From the IMG/VR virus record IMGVR_UViG_3300044701_003213, positions 1,508-65,507 of that record: a stretch of DNA of 64,000 bases, one strand, 5' to 3'. Position numbers and translations under genes: made by a program. The first letter of the stretch is position 1. Every line of letters begins with the position of its first letter. This document shows, piece after piece, positions 26,605 to 34,923 of the stretch. The notes beneath the pieces are model-generated. The model saw only the letters and a program-made list of their open reading frames with translations, was not told where the DNA came from and made no database searches. The stretch comes from a virus. Its lineage: Duplodnaviria; Caudoviricetes.

Positions 26605-29364
26605 ATGATTGATCACGAATTAGTCAAAAAATATTTTGTTGGTAGGGATGGATTTATATGGTGGATCGGGCAAGTAACGTCCGAAGATAAGTGGACACCC
26701 AATATTCCTGGTAGGAGAGTTCCTACAATGAAGGAAGTTAAGGGATATGCTGACCGATATAAAGTAAGAATATTTGGATATCATGATCTTGAGTATGAAG
26801 ATAATGCTTTAACAGATGATGATTTACCGTGGGCACAGTTAATGCTTCCAGTTACTGCTGGGGGTGGTGGTGGAGCATCTTTTCAAACACCAAACATAAG
26901 ACAGGGGACATTTGTATTTGGATTCTTTTTGGATGGAGAAGATGCTCAACAACCCGTTATTATGGGTATATTGGGATATAATAATTACACTCTAGTAGAT
27001 AAGCAAATACCAAAAGTTAAATTCGTCCCCTTTGATGGTTATGGTCCTAAAGATAAAGTACCTGAAAGTCATATAAGAACCTCCCCTGAGGTATCAAAAA
27101 CTGTAACTGGGGAGAATGCAGTTCCTGATAAAGATTCTACTGCACCAAAACCTAAAGCAAGTGGTATTATTATTACAGGAGCTCAGGATCAATTAAAAGA
27201 ATATGCTAGTAAAAATCAAGAGCAAGATGGTAGAAAGGCATCATCTCTAAAAAAACCTATACGTTGTGAAGAGAATCAAGGTGTAGGTGGGGTAGCATTA
27301 GAAATAAAAAATTTATTAACAAAAATTCAGGAAGTACAAGAAAAACTTAATAGTTGGGAAGCAGCAATTAATGGAAAAATTGATGGAATACAGCAAAGAA
27401 TTGATAAATTGATTGATTTGGCTTCTAAAAAAGTTGCTGAATTTATGAAAATCATTGTTGATAATGTTAGAAAATATACTATAGAACTCGTACAGGATAA
27501 GGCAAAAGATTTTTACTTCTTACTATTTCCCAATGAAAGAGATGAATTAAAAGAAGTTCAGTTAAAAGTTGTTGATGGATTGAATTGTCTTTTTAACAAT
27601 GTTATTGCTGGACTAATTGATCTTATTAAAGGAATGTTGAAAGATTTAGTTGGTAAAGTTTTAAATGCACCAGCTTGTATGGTTGAAAATGTTCTTGGAA
27701 CTATTTTTGGAAGTATTTTTGGTAACCTAACATCTGCTATAGATTCCATTGTTGGAGCTATTTCCGATGTAATCGGTTCTGTTTTTAGTCTTGCTGGTGA
27801 TATTATTTCCTTCATTAAAGATTTGTTAGGATTCTTTTTGTGCGATGAAGATCTTCAATGTCCAGAAACTGAAGAATGGAGTATATGGAAAGGCGAAGCA
27901 AATAAAGGTCCTGCACCATCAATAAAAAATATTGTTGGTAAGGCAAAGGGTTTGAAAGATAAAGCAAAAGGCACTGTTAATGCAGCTGTTTCTGGTGCTC
28001 AGGGCGCTGTTTCTGGTGTTACTGGAGCAGCTAATAACATAGTTGCATCGTTTAATACAGCATTTGGTGATGCTCTTAATGCGTGTGATATTGGTCCATT
28101 GTTATGCGGTCCACCTACTATTTCTATTTCTGGTGGAGGCGGAATTGGTGCAGTTGGTAATGCAATTATTTCTCAAGCAGGAGAAATAATGGGAGTTGAT
28201 ATACTTAATGGTGGATATGGGTACACTGAACCTCCAACAATATCACTCCAAGACGCTTGCGGAAAGGGGTCTGGCGCTAAATTAATTCCCGTTATGAAAC
28301 CAATATCACGCGATAGAAGCAATAAGGGATCTCCAGAATCAGAAAAATCTGGAATATCATCCGTAACTGCCGGAAATGCTGAAATTGGAGAACCAGAAGT
28401 TACTATAACCGTTACTCCAGCTGGTATCATTCAACCTGGAGAATCTGCTACTGTATGCTGGGACATTAAAAATGGAACTTCAGTATTAAATTCCAATTTT
28501 GGTGTTAATAGTAATAAAGGATGTGTAGAGATTAAAGATGTTTATAAGGGACAAACCTTAGTATTAACAGCATCTAATGGAAGTAAACAAGCAACTGCCT
28601 CAATACGGGTTGCTGTTGGTAATGGATCCACCACAACAAAATTATACACAGTAGATAATGTAATTGTTCTTGATCCCGGAACTGGTTATTTGCAGAGACC
28701 AGATGGTAGTTTTGGTAGTTTTGGTAATCTTTGGGCAAAAAAAGAAGAAACTATTGTAAGAAATCCGGATTTTGTTTGGAGATCACCAATTAAACCTGGA
28801 GAATTTGTAGAAGTACAACCAGGATCTCTTGTTATTGCACCAAAAGAAATTGTTGGATTTGGTTCTGATTCTCAGGAAAGTACTATTATCCCAGCAGGAA
28901 CAAAATATATTGTAAAGCAATATACTAGATTTACTGCACCGGATATAAGAACCGAAGAAGATGTAATTTTACAACAAACTAAAAAAACAGAGGTATTTAA
29001 ACCTGTACTATCTACCGGTGAATATGGGGTTACTTTATATCTGTGTGGTGTAGAAATTGTGTCTGGTGGATTAAATTATGACGATAGAATTGATGAAGTT
29101 ACGATTGAACCAGATTTTGGTGCTCAATTGAAAATAAAAACAGGTCCTTTTGGTATTATAGAAAAAGTTGATATTATTTCTCCTGGTTCTGGATTTTCAG
29201 AGTATCCCAATATCACAATAAATAGTAGCACAGGATTCAATGCAGATCTTGTTCCAATTTTCTGTATTAAAAAAATTGGAGATGAGGATCCAGAAACTAT
29301 TGCATCTTCTGTACCAGAAAGATCTATTATTACTGTTATGAATTGTGTAGGGGCACGAGAATAA
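26605..29364 (+). CDS. 5: Baseplate hub/spike protein gp5-like
   Basis: GRDGFIWWIGQV, RYKVRIFGYH, LPWA, VFGFFLDG..QQPVIMG OB domain; G.GY..PPTI repeats. Confidence 0.85.
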   Translation: MIDHELVKKYFVGRDGFIWWIGQVTSEDKWTPNIPGRRVPTMKEVKGYADRYKVRIFGYHDLEYEDNALTDDDLPWAQLMLPVTAGGGGGASFQTPNIRQGTFVFGFFLDGEDAQQPVIMGILGYNNYTLVDKQIPKVKFVPFDGYGPKDKVPESHIRTSPEVSKTVTGENAVPDKDSTAPKPKASGIIITGAQDQLKEYASKNQEQDGRKASSLKKPIRCEENQGVGGVALEIKNLLTKIQEVQEKLNSWEAAINGKIDGIQQRIDKLIDLASKKVAEFMKIIVDNVRKYTIELVQDKAKDFYFLLFPNERDELKEVQLKVVDGLNCLFNNVIAGLIDLIKGMLKDLVGKVLNAPACMVENVLGTIFGSIFGNLTSAIDSIVGAISDVIGSVFSLAGDIISFIKDLLGFFLCDEDLQCPETEEWSIWKGEANKGPAPSIKNIVGKAKGLKDKAKGTVNAAVSGAQGAVSGVTGAANNIVASFNTAFGDALNACDIGPLLCGPPTISISGGGGIGAVGNAIISQAGEIMGVDILNGGYGYTEPPTISLQDACGKGSGAKLIPVMKPISRDRSNKGSPESEKSGISSVTAGNAEIGEPEVTITVTPAGIIQPGESATVCWDIKNGTSVLNSNFGVNSNKGCVEIKDVYKGQTLVLTASNGSKQATASIRVAVGNGSTTTKLYTVDNVIVLDPGTGYLQRPDGSFGSFGNLWAKKEETIVRNPDFVWRSPIKPGEFVEVQPGSLVIAPKEIVGFGSDSQESTIIPAGTKYIVKQYTRFTAPDIRTEEDVILQQTKKTEVFKPVLSTGEYGVTLYLCGVEIVSGGLNYDDRIDEVTIEPDFGAQLKIKTGPFGIIEKVDIISPGSGFSEYPNITINSSTGFNADLVPIFCIKKIGDEDPETIASSVPERSIITVMNCVGARE

Positions 29365-29960
29365 TGGCCAAAAAGAAAAATTTTCATACTATTAGATACG
29401 GACAAAAAGATGCCGAAATAAAATATGGTCATATCCATGATGATGAAGTAACTTCGGGATTTATGATAAGAATGGGTCCCGATGGTGGAAGGCACTATTC
29501 TACTTGGGAACTTGATAGTATAAGAAAAGGTTGGACCGTACATAGATGTCCAGGAGTATTTGAAATCAAATGTGGAGATGATATTCCATATAACACTCCA
29601 TCTCTTTATATCGAAGCAGTAGAAGGTGATATTGTAATTAATGCCAAAAACGGCAGAATAAGAATGGAAGCCGAAAATATTGATATGATAGCTTCTGGTG
29701 CTGATAATAAAAATGGAGTTATATCTTTAAATTCTAATGAAAAAATAGAACTCAGATCAAAAAATATTGAATTAAATGCAACTTCTGTTGCTAAGTTCTT
29801 TTCTTCTGGATTGGTAGAGATGATAGGTGATAGTATCTTGAATATATACGGTGGATTAGTTGATGTTGCAGATGGCGCAACACAAGTTAAAAGATCTAAA
29901 GCTGTTTCTTCTTTGGAAAAGCAAGAAGCAGGATTCCCTTCTGGTCTACCATTTTTCTAA
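29364..29960 (+). CDS. gp5-associated beta-helical structural protein
   Basis: GDIVINAKNGRIRMEAENI; overlaps the gp5 stop. Confidence 0.6.
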   Translation: MAKKKNFHTIRYGQKDAEIKYGHIHDDEVTSGFMIRMGPDGGRHYSTWELDSIRKGWTVHRCPGVFEIKCGDDIPYNTPSLYIEAVEGDIVINAKNGRIRMEAENIDMIASGADNKNGVISLNSNEKIELRSKNIELNATSVAKFFSSGLVEMIGDSILNIYGGLVDVADGATQVKRSKAVSSLEKQEAGFPSGLPFF

Positions 29961-29979
29961 TTTTTTGGAGATTAATTAA

Positions 29980-30792
29980 ATGAAAGCATCGGATTTATTT
30001 TTAGGTAAAAGATTATTTGTTGGAAATGGAAAACCAGAATGTTTGGGTAGAGGTCCAGCAGAAATAAGAGGATCTGCATATGTTGAAGGACCATTAGTAT
30101 TTGGAAGTCCAAGCGTGTTTCCTAATGTATGGGCAACATGCATGATAGGTCCCGTTGTAAACTCAGATTCTCCCCCAGCATTTATTCCTGGCATTATACC
30201 TGCATGTACTCCAGTAAATAATAGTCCATATTCATTAGCAGTTCAAGGCGATGCAGCAATTCTGGATAATTGTGATGTTAATAGGAATATTACTCTCGGA
30301 GGGACTCTTAATGCTGGTGGAAATATTATTGCACTGGGAGAGGTGATGTCTCGTTGTGGAGCACATATTCTTTCTGCTAAAAAGAATTTTGATATTCCAC
30401 ATCCATCTAAAGATGGATGGAGATTGAGGCACACTTGCGTAGAAGCACCATATAATGATATTTACGTTAGAGGAAGAATTACAAATAAAACACAAATAGA
30501 ACTTCCAAAATACTGGAAACATTTTGTTGATATTCAGTCAATAAGTGTTCAATTACAGCCAATTGGATCTCATCAAGATGTAATTGTAAAAAGGATAGAT
30601 GAAAATTTCGTCTATCTTCAGTCTAAAGGTGGTATGCCTATCGATTGCTATTATCATATATACGCAGAAAGAATAGATGGGGAAAAGTTAATTCCGGAAT
30701 ATAAAGGAACTTCACCATCAGACTATCCTGGGAACAATAATGAATATTCTATTTCAGGATATCACTACGACACTAAAATGGAGAAAAAATAA
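29980..30792 (+). CDS. Structural protein with KxFDIPHP...RGR domain
   Basis: KKNFDIPHPSK..RLRHTCVE..YVRGR..IELPKYW; paralog of next gene. Confidence 0.7.
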   Translation: MKASDLFLGKRLFVGNGKPECLGRGPAEIRGSAYVEGPLVFGSPSVFPNVWATCMIGPVVNSDSPPAFIPGIIPACTPVNNSPYSLAVQGDAAILDNCDVNRNITLGGTLNAGGNIIALGEVMSRCGAHILSAKKNFDIPHPSKDGWRLRHTCVEAPYNDIYVRGRITNKTQIELPKYWKHFVDIQSISVQLQPIGSHQDVIVKRIDENFVYLQSKGGMPIDCYYHIYAERIDGEKLIPEYKGTSPSDYPGNNNEYSISGYHYDTKMEKK

Positions 30793-30795
30793 AAA

Positions 30796-31419
30796 ATGTC
30801 CGAATTTTCTACAGAAATACCCAAATCAGTAGCACAACCTGCTTGTGATGGTGTATTTAATGGTATTCCAACTTCTGAGTGGAGATACCCAATTTATCCT
30901 TGGACTGGTGATAATAATTATCCATCAGATGCTTGCCCTATCAGAAGGCATGATTTTGTTCAGTGTACTGATTTAAAATGGGCTGGTGGAATTTTATCGG
31001 TTAAGGCTCCTATTTGGGATTCTAAAAAATCTTTTGATATTCCTCACCCAACTAAAGAAAACCATCGTCTTAGATATATTTGTTTAGAAGGTCCAGAGGC
31101 TGAAGTTTATACTAGAGGTAGGTTGGAAAATAACACTGTTATAGATCTACCAGATTATTGGAGAGAACTTGTCGATGCCGAAACAATTGGAGTTACTTTA
31201 ACACCAATTGGTGTATATCAAGAATTATTTGTTGAAAAAATTGAATGGGGAACGCGAATTATTATTAAAAATAATGCTGGAGGGATCATAAATTGTACAT
31301 ATGTTGTATATGGGCAAAGAAAGGACGTATCCAGAAATATTTCGGAATATTTGGGAAATGCCCCCAGCGATTATCCCGGAGACAATCGTGAATATGTTAT
31401 TAATGGTGGGAGGGCTTGA
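30796..31419 (+). CDS. Structural protein, paralog of preceding gene
   Basis: KKSFDIPHPTK..RLRYICLEGPE..YTRGR..IDLPDYW, PSDYPG. Confidence 0.7.
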   Translation: MSEFSTEIPKSVAQPACDGVFNGIPTSEWRYPIYPWTGDNNYPSDACPIRRHDFVQCTDLKWAGGILSVKAPIWDSKKSFDIPHPTKENHRLRYICLEGPEAEVYTRGRLENNTVIDLPDYWRELVDAETIGVTLTPIGVYQELFVEKIEWGTRIIIKNNAGGIINCTYVVYGQRKDVSRNISEYLGNAPSDYPGDNREYVINGGRA

Positions 31420-31444
31420 CGCCTGAGCGCCCATGCCCTATAAT
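31416..31444 (+). promoter_or_regulatory. Sigma70-type promoter ahead of the tRNA cluster
   Basis: TTGACG-N17-TATAAT. Confidence 0.8.
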
Positions 31445-31470
31445 ATGTGGGTAATCAACGGACGACCCGA

Positions 31471-31653
31471 ATGCAAGATGACTATCTAACAAGGTGTGTT
31501 GTTGATCCAATTAAGAGGACAGTATATCTCTACTCAAATTCTGGAGCAGAGAAGCAAGTTTCTTGTGAAACAGTTGATGAGTTTATGAATGTCCTAGAAT
31601 TTGTTAGGAGTGTTTTGGATGAGGACACACTTGCATATTCGAGTCCATTTTAA
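31471..31653 (+). CDS. Hypothetical protein
   Basis: 60-aa ORF downstream of the promoter. Confidence 0.7.
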   Translation: MQDDYLTRCVVDPIKRTVYLYSNSGAEKQVSCETVDEFMNVLEFVRSVLDEDTLAYSSPF

Positions 31654-31659
31654 GGTTAT

Positions 31660-31731
31660 GCTTCTGTCGCCTATTGGTTAAGGCCCACTGCTTATAACGG
31701 TGTGAACGGGGTTCAATTCCCTGCAGAAGCA
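31660..31731 (+). tRNA. trnI: tRNA-Ile(UAU)
   Basis: GCTTCTG/CAGAAGC acceptor; cactg-ctTATaa-cggtg anticodon arm; GGTTCAATTCC T-arm. Confidence 0.88.
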
Positions 31732-31735
31732 CCTT

Positions 31736-31808
31736 GCTGGTTTAGCTATCTGGTGAAAGCACCCGACTCATAATCGGATATAGGCGAGTTCGATCCTCGC
31801 AACCAGCA
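31736..31808 (+). tRNA. tRNA with CAU anticodon (elongator Met or Ile2)
   Basis: GCTGGTT/AACCAGC acceptor with G1:C72; ccga-ctCATaa-tcgg; GTTCGATC T-loop. Confidence 0.85.
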
Positions 31809-31852
31809 CTAGACAATCAAAGCAACTCATGCTATGATTGTCTCACCACCAC

Positions 31853-31936
31853 GGGGCGGTGGCGGAAGTGGTAGACGCACCGGACTTAAAATCCGTTGGG
31901 AGTAATCCCGTGGGGGTTCAAGTCCCCCTCGCCCTA
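31853..31936 (+). tRNA. trnL: tRNA-Leu(UAA)
   Basis: cgga-ctTAAaa-tccg, long variable arm, GGTTCAAGTCC; TAGACA-N17-TATGAT promoter upstream. Confidence 0.9.
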
Positions 31937-31951
31937 TTTCTGGAGATAAAA

Positions 31952-32452
31952 ATGATTACAATTTATGATAATTTTATTACTCCAGAAAAATGTGTAGAAT
32001 TTTACAAATACTGCACAAAACTCTCTTATTCTTATGGCGAAACCGATCATGAAGAATCTCCACCAGTTGGACTAGCGTGTGACCTAAATTCTAAAAATGA
32101 ATGGGTTGAATTTTTTGTTGAACAAGTTAAAAATAAATTCTCGCTACACAATGTAGTTGATAGATGTTATATAAATTTGTTCTTACCTGGAGAAAGACCT
32201 TATTATCATACTGATGGTGAGGAAGATGAGATTACTTTTCTTTATTATGCAAACATTGAATGGGATTTAGACGAAGGAGGAGAAACAAAATTTGTTGTTG
32301 GTGATAAAAATGAAGAAATTAGGGGTGTTTTGCCTATTCCCAACCGAGCAATTATTTTCCCCGCTAATATGATACATTCTGCTTCTTCATTTAGAACTAA
32401 AGCAAGGTATAGTTTAGCGATTAAATATTGTTCTCTAGATATATCCCTTTAG
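31952..32452 (+). CDS. 2OG-Fe(II) oxygenase
   Basis: GGAG RBS; HTD, EGGET, NRAIIFP...H, RYSLA. Confidence 0.85.
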   Translation: MITIYDNFITPEKCVEFYKYCTKLSYSYGETDHEESPPVGLACDLNSKNEWVEFFVEQVKNKFSLHNVVDRCYINLFLPGERPYYHTDGEEDEITFLYYANIEWDLDEGGETKFVVGDKNEEIRGVLPIPNRAIIFPANMIHSASSFRTKARYSLAIKYCSLDISL

Positions 32453-32491
32453 AAAAACCTCTAAATATAACAAACTAATAGGAACCTTCCT

Positions 32492-32761
32492 ATGAAGTAT
32501 CGAATTGATTCTAGATATGTTTGGTATAATAAGGGAACTCAAATAGTTCTAATGTATTTTATAAATAGCATACCATTTACTTTTGATGAATTACCAGATT
32601 CATACATGTATGATCTAGAAATAATTCGATTAGCTGATAATGAAAGAAGATTTGATCCAGAAGATCTATATAAAACATCTTTCTACTTAATTGATGAATT
32701 ATGTCATCCACTTATGTTTGAATTGGATCTTGAAAATCCAGAAATGTTACCAAGTGATTAA
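32492..32761 (+). CDS. Cyanophage-type hypothetical protein
   Basis: CTAAATA late-promoter-like motif at 32461; IPFTFDEL, HPLMFE. Confidence 0.75.
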   Translation: MKYRIDSRYVWYNKGTQIVLMYFINSIPFTFDELPDSYMYDLEIIRLADNERRFDPEDLYKTSFYLIDELCHPLMFELDLENPEMLPSD

Positions 32762-32767
32762 TATTTT

Positions 32768-32839
32768 GCCTCTGTAGCTCAGTGGTAGAGCAACGGTTTT
32801 GTAAACCGTTGGTCGCAGGTTCAAATCCTGTCGGGGGCT
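32768..32839 (+). tRNA. trnT: tRNA-Thr(UGU)
   Basis: GCCTCTG/CGGGGGC acceptor; acggt-ttTGTaa-accgt; GGTTCAAATCC. Confidence 0.92.
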
Positions 32840-33160
32840 TTCCGAAAAATAATTTTTCGGAAATATGTTAGCTAACAGCAAACAAACTATATTAAAAATT
32901 TAAAAGAATTTTATTTCGCGGATAAAGTTCTATAATTTTTAATATCTCTTGCCGAAATTTTTATTTCAGCCCGCTTACTCCATCAGACTCGATGCGGTTT
33001 AAATTAAGGATAGTCTGAACTTAGCAGAGAATTTTAAGAAATTTATATTTCTTAAAAGGACAAAAAGCTAAATTTAATGATTCTATGATATGAAAGTAGC
33101 ATTTATTGCAAAATCAAATCTTAAGTAGAGTCGCCAAGGGGGGAGCATTCCCCCCTACCT
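32840..33160 (+). ncRNA. Candidate structured ncRNA after tRNA-Thr (possibly manA-motif-like)
   Basis: About 330 nt with no long ORF; several hairpins and a pseudoknot (tcagact 32983-89 / agtctga 33012-18). Confidence 0.5.
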
Positions 33161-33171
33161 TTTTATTTTTT
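33138..33171 (+). terminator. GC-rich hairpin, probable terminator
   Basis: gggggg-agcatt-cccccc then T-rich tract. Confidence 0.55.
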
Positions 33172-33181
33172 GGAGAAAACA

Positions 33182-33364
33182 ATGTCTCTCTTATCAAATA
33201 AAGATAGAAAATTAGCAATTGAAGCACTAGAGCATTATAATGGACATTTAGCGACTCTATCTTATGATTATCCATTTGTTAAAGAGAAAATAGGACAAGT
33301 AACAACTTTAATCAATTGGATAAAATTGGAAGAATTTAAAAATAAATCAGAAGATGAAGATTAA
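33182..33364 (+). CDS. Hypothetical protein
   Basis: GGAG RBS; MSLLSNKDRKLAIEALE..LINWIKLE. Confidence 0.7.
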   Translation: MSLLSNKDRKLAIEALEHYNGHLATLSYDYPFVKEKIGQVTTLINWIKLEEFKNKSEDED

Positions 33365-33515
33365 TTTATGGCACTGCAAAGAAATGCAGCAATGGCGTTG
33401 GACTCTGACTGATGATTCTAGACCAATTATAAAACAAGAATCTGGACAAAGACCAAATCTTCAAGATGCTATGAATGATATCGCCAATACTGTTGAATAT
33501 ATTTTAACTAAGTAA
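33354..33515 (+). CDS. Small hypothetical protein (53 aa)
   Basis: Manual translation: MKINLWHCKEMQQWRWTL...AMNDIANTVEY. Confidence 0.7.
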   Translation: MKINLWHCKEMQQWRWTLTDDSRPIIKQESGQRPNLQDAMNDIANTVEYILTK

Positions 33516-33524
33516 TTGTAACTT

Positions 33525-34214
33525 ATGGGACTGAATACGATACTTCCCACTTCGATATACACATATGATCTGAATCCTTCAGAAAAAGTATATAACATGA
33601 TGCTATCTTATATGGATGATTTCTTAGAAAGATCTAAAGATGAAATAAAAGATACTAATGTTACTGGAGATATACTCAATGAATACTTGATATTTAATAA
33701 TCCCACTTTTTCTTGGTTGAATAGTCAAGTTGCATATCATGTTAAAAGATATTTAAAGTCTCTGAATGCGGATGTATTTCAAACATCCATTCATATACAA
33801 AAAGCTTGGCCAGTAATAGTAAATCCTCAAGGAGGTAGTGTTGGTAAGCATACTCATAGAAATTCACATTTAAGTTTAGTTTATTATATAAAAACTCAAA
33901 AACAATATGATAGAAATCATTGTGGTGGAGATTTGATATTTCATGAGTCTATGAGAAGTACAATGAATCTACTTCCTATACATTGTAGTAAAGCTGACTC
34001 TCGGTATAGACATATAGATTATTTTATAGAACCATCAAATAATAAGATGGTAATATTCCCATCCACTTTAGAACATGAAGTATCAAAGTATTATGGAGAT
34101 GATTATAGGTACTCTGTTTCTTATGACCTAATGATAACTACTAGAAAGAATCCATTAGAAATTGATTTGGAATTATCTACTCTTCACCCTAGTATGTGGT
34201 TAGAAATATCTTGA
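33525..34214 (+). CDS. 2OG-Fe(II) oxygenase (TIGR02466-like)
   Basis: HTH.NSHLSLVYY, MVIFPSTLEHEV, RYSVSYD. Confidence 0.85.
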   Translation: MGLNTILPTSIYTYDLNPSEKVYNMMLSYMDDFLERSKDEIKDTNVTGDILNEYLIFNNPTFSWLNSQVAYHVKRYLKSLNADVFQTSIHIQKAWPVIVNPQGGSVGKHTHRNSHLSLVYYIKTQKQYDRNHCGGDLIFHESMRSTMNLLPIHCSKADSRYRHIDYFIEPSNNKMVIFPSTLEHEVSKYYGDDYRYSVSYDLMITTRKNPLEIDLELSTLHPSMWLEIS

Positions 34215-34249
34215 TTTAAAAATATAACTAGTAATTTATACCTACTTCA

Positions 34250-34846
34250 ATGAAGTCTGAATTCTATATAGAAAGAGTGAGTAAAAATGAAATTAAAGAT
34301 TTATTATATACTCATCACTATTTAAAAGACGAATCTAAAGATTTTAAATCTGGATATAATTATGGACTCTTCAGATATACTGACTGGGAATGCCCCATTA
34401 GAATTGGCGGGTGTCTTGGTGCTTGCGTTTTTACTGGTCTCCCAGTTCCAGAAATTGCCGTAGGTGCCTTTGGTCTTCAAAGAGATGATCAAGAAGGTTT
34501 ATTTGAACTTTCTCGTCTTTGTATAGATCCAGAGGTGCAAAGAGAAGAATATAATATCACTTCATGGTTTGTTAGTAAATGTATTAAGAGGTTTAGAAAA
34601 GATGCCCGCGTTCGTGCTATTCTTAGTTACGCTGATGCTAATCACCACGTTGGAACTATATACAGAGCTTGTAATTTTACTTACTACGGTCTAACTGATC
34701 CTAAGAAAGACTTTTACTATGCTGATGGTACTAAGCATTCAAGAGGTTCTATCAAAGGTAAAGATGGTGAATGGAGAGATCGTAGTCGTAAACACAGATA
34801 TTTAATGATTTTTGATAAAAATTTAAAAGTTATGTGGAAAAATTAA
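34250..34846 (+). CDS. Mom-like GNAT-fold DNA modification protein
   Basis: HHYL, ELSRL, ILSYAD..HHVGTIYRACNF.YYG motifs of the Mu Mom family. Confidence 0.75.
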   Translation: MKSEFYIERVSKNEIKDLLYTHHYLKDESKDFKSGYNYGLFRYTDWECPIRIGGCLGACVFTGLPVPEIAVGAFGLQRDDQEGLFELSRLCIDPEVQREEYNITSWFVSKCIKRFRKDARVRAILSYADANHHVGTIYRACNFTYYGLTDPKKDFYYADGTKHSRGSIKGKDGEWRDRSRKHRYLMIFDKNLKVMWKN

Positions 34847-34853
34847 TTTTTTT

Positions 34854-34880
34854 AGGGAGATCTTCGAATCTCTCTTTTTT
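34854..34880 (+). terminator. Intrinsic terminator
   Basis: agggagat-cttcga-atctctct plus T-run; followed by ATAAATA late promoter. Confidence 0.7.
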
Positions 34881-34923
34881 ATGGGAATAAATAAAACATA
34901 GAAGATTTTTACAAAGAAATACA

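Noticed and set aside
31838-31951. N-terminal extension of the oxygenase ORF in the track
   Set aside because: It is tRNA-Leu read in frame; the real start is ATG 31952 with a GGAG RBS
32860-33160. tmRNA interpretation (aacagcaaacaaa resembles a resume site)
   Set aside because: The frame stops after 5 codons, and no Ala acceptor stem or TTCGA T-arm was found
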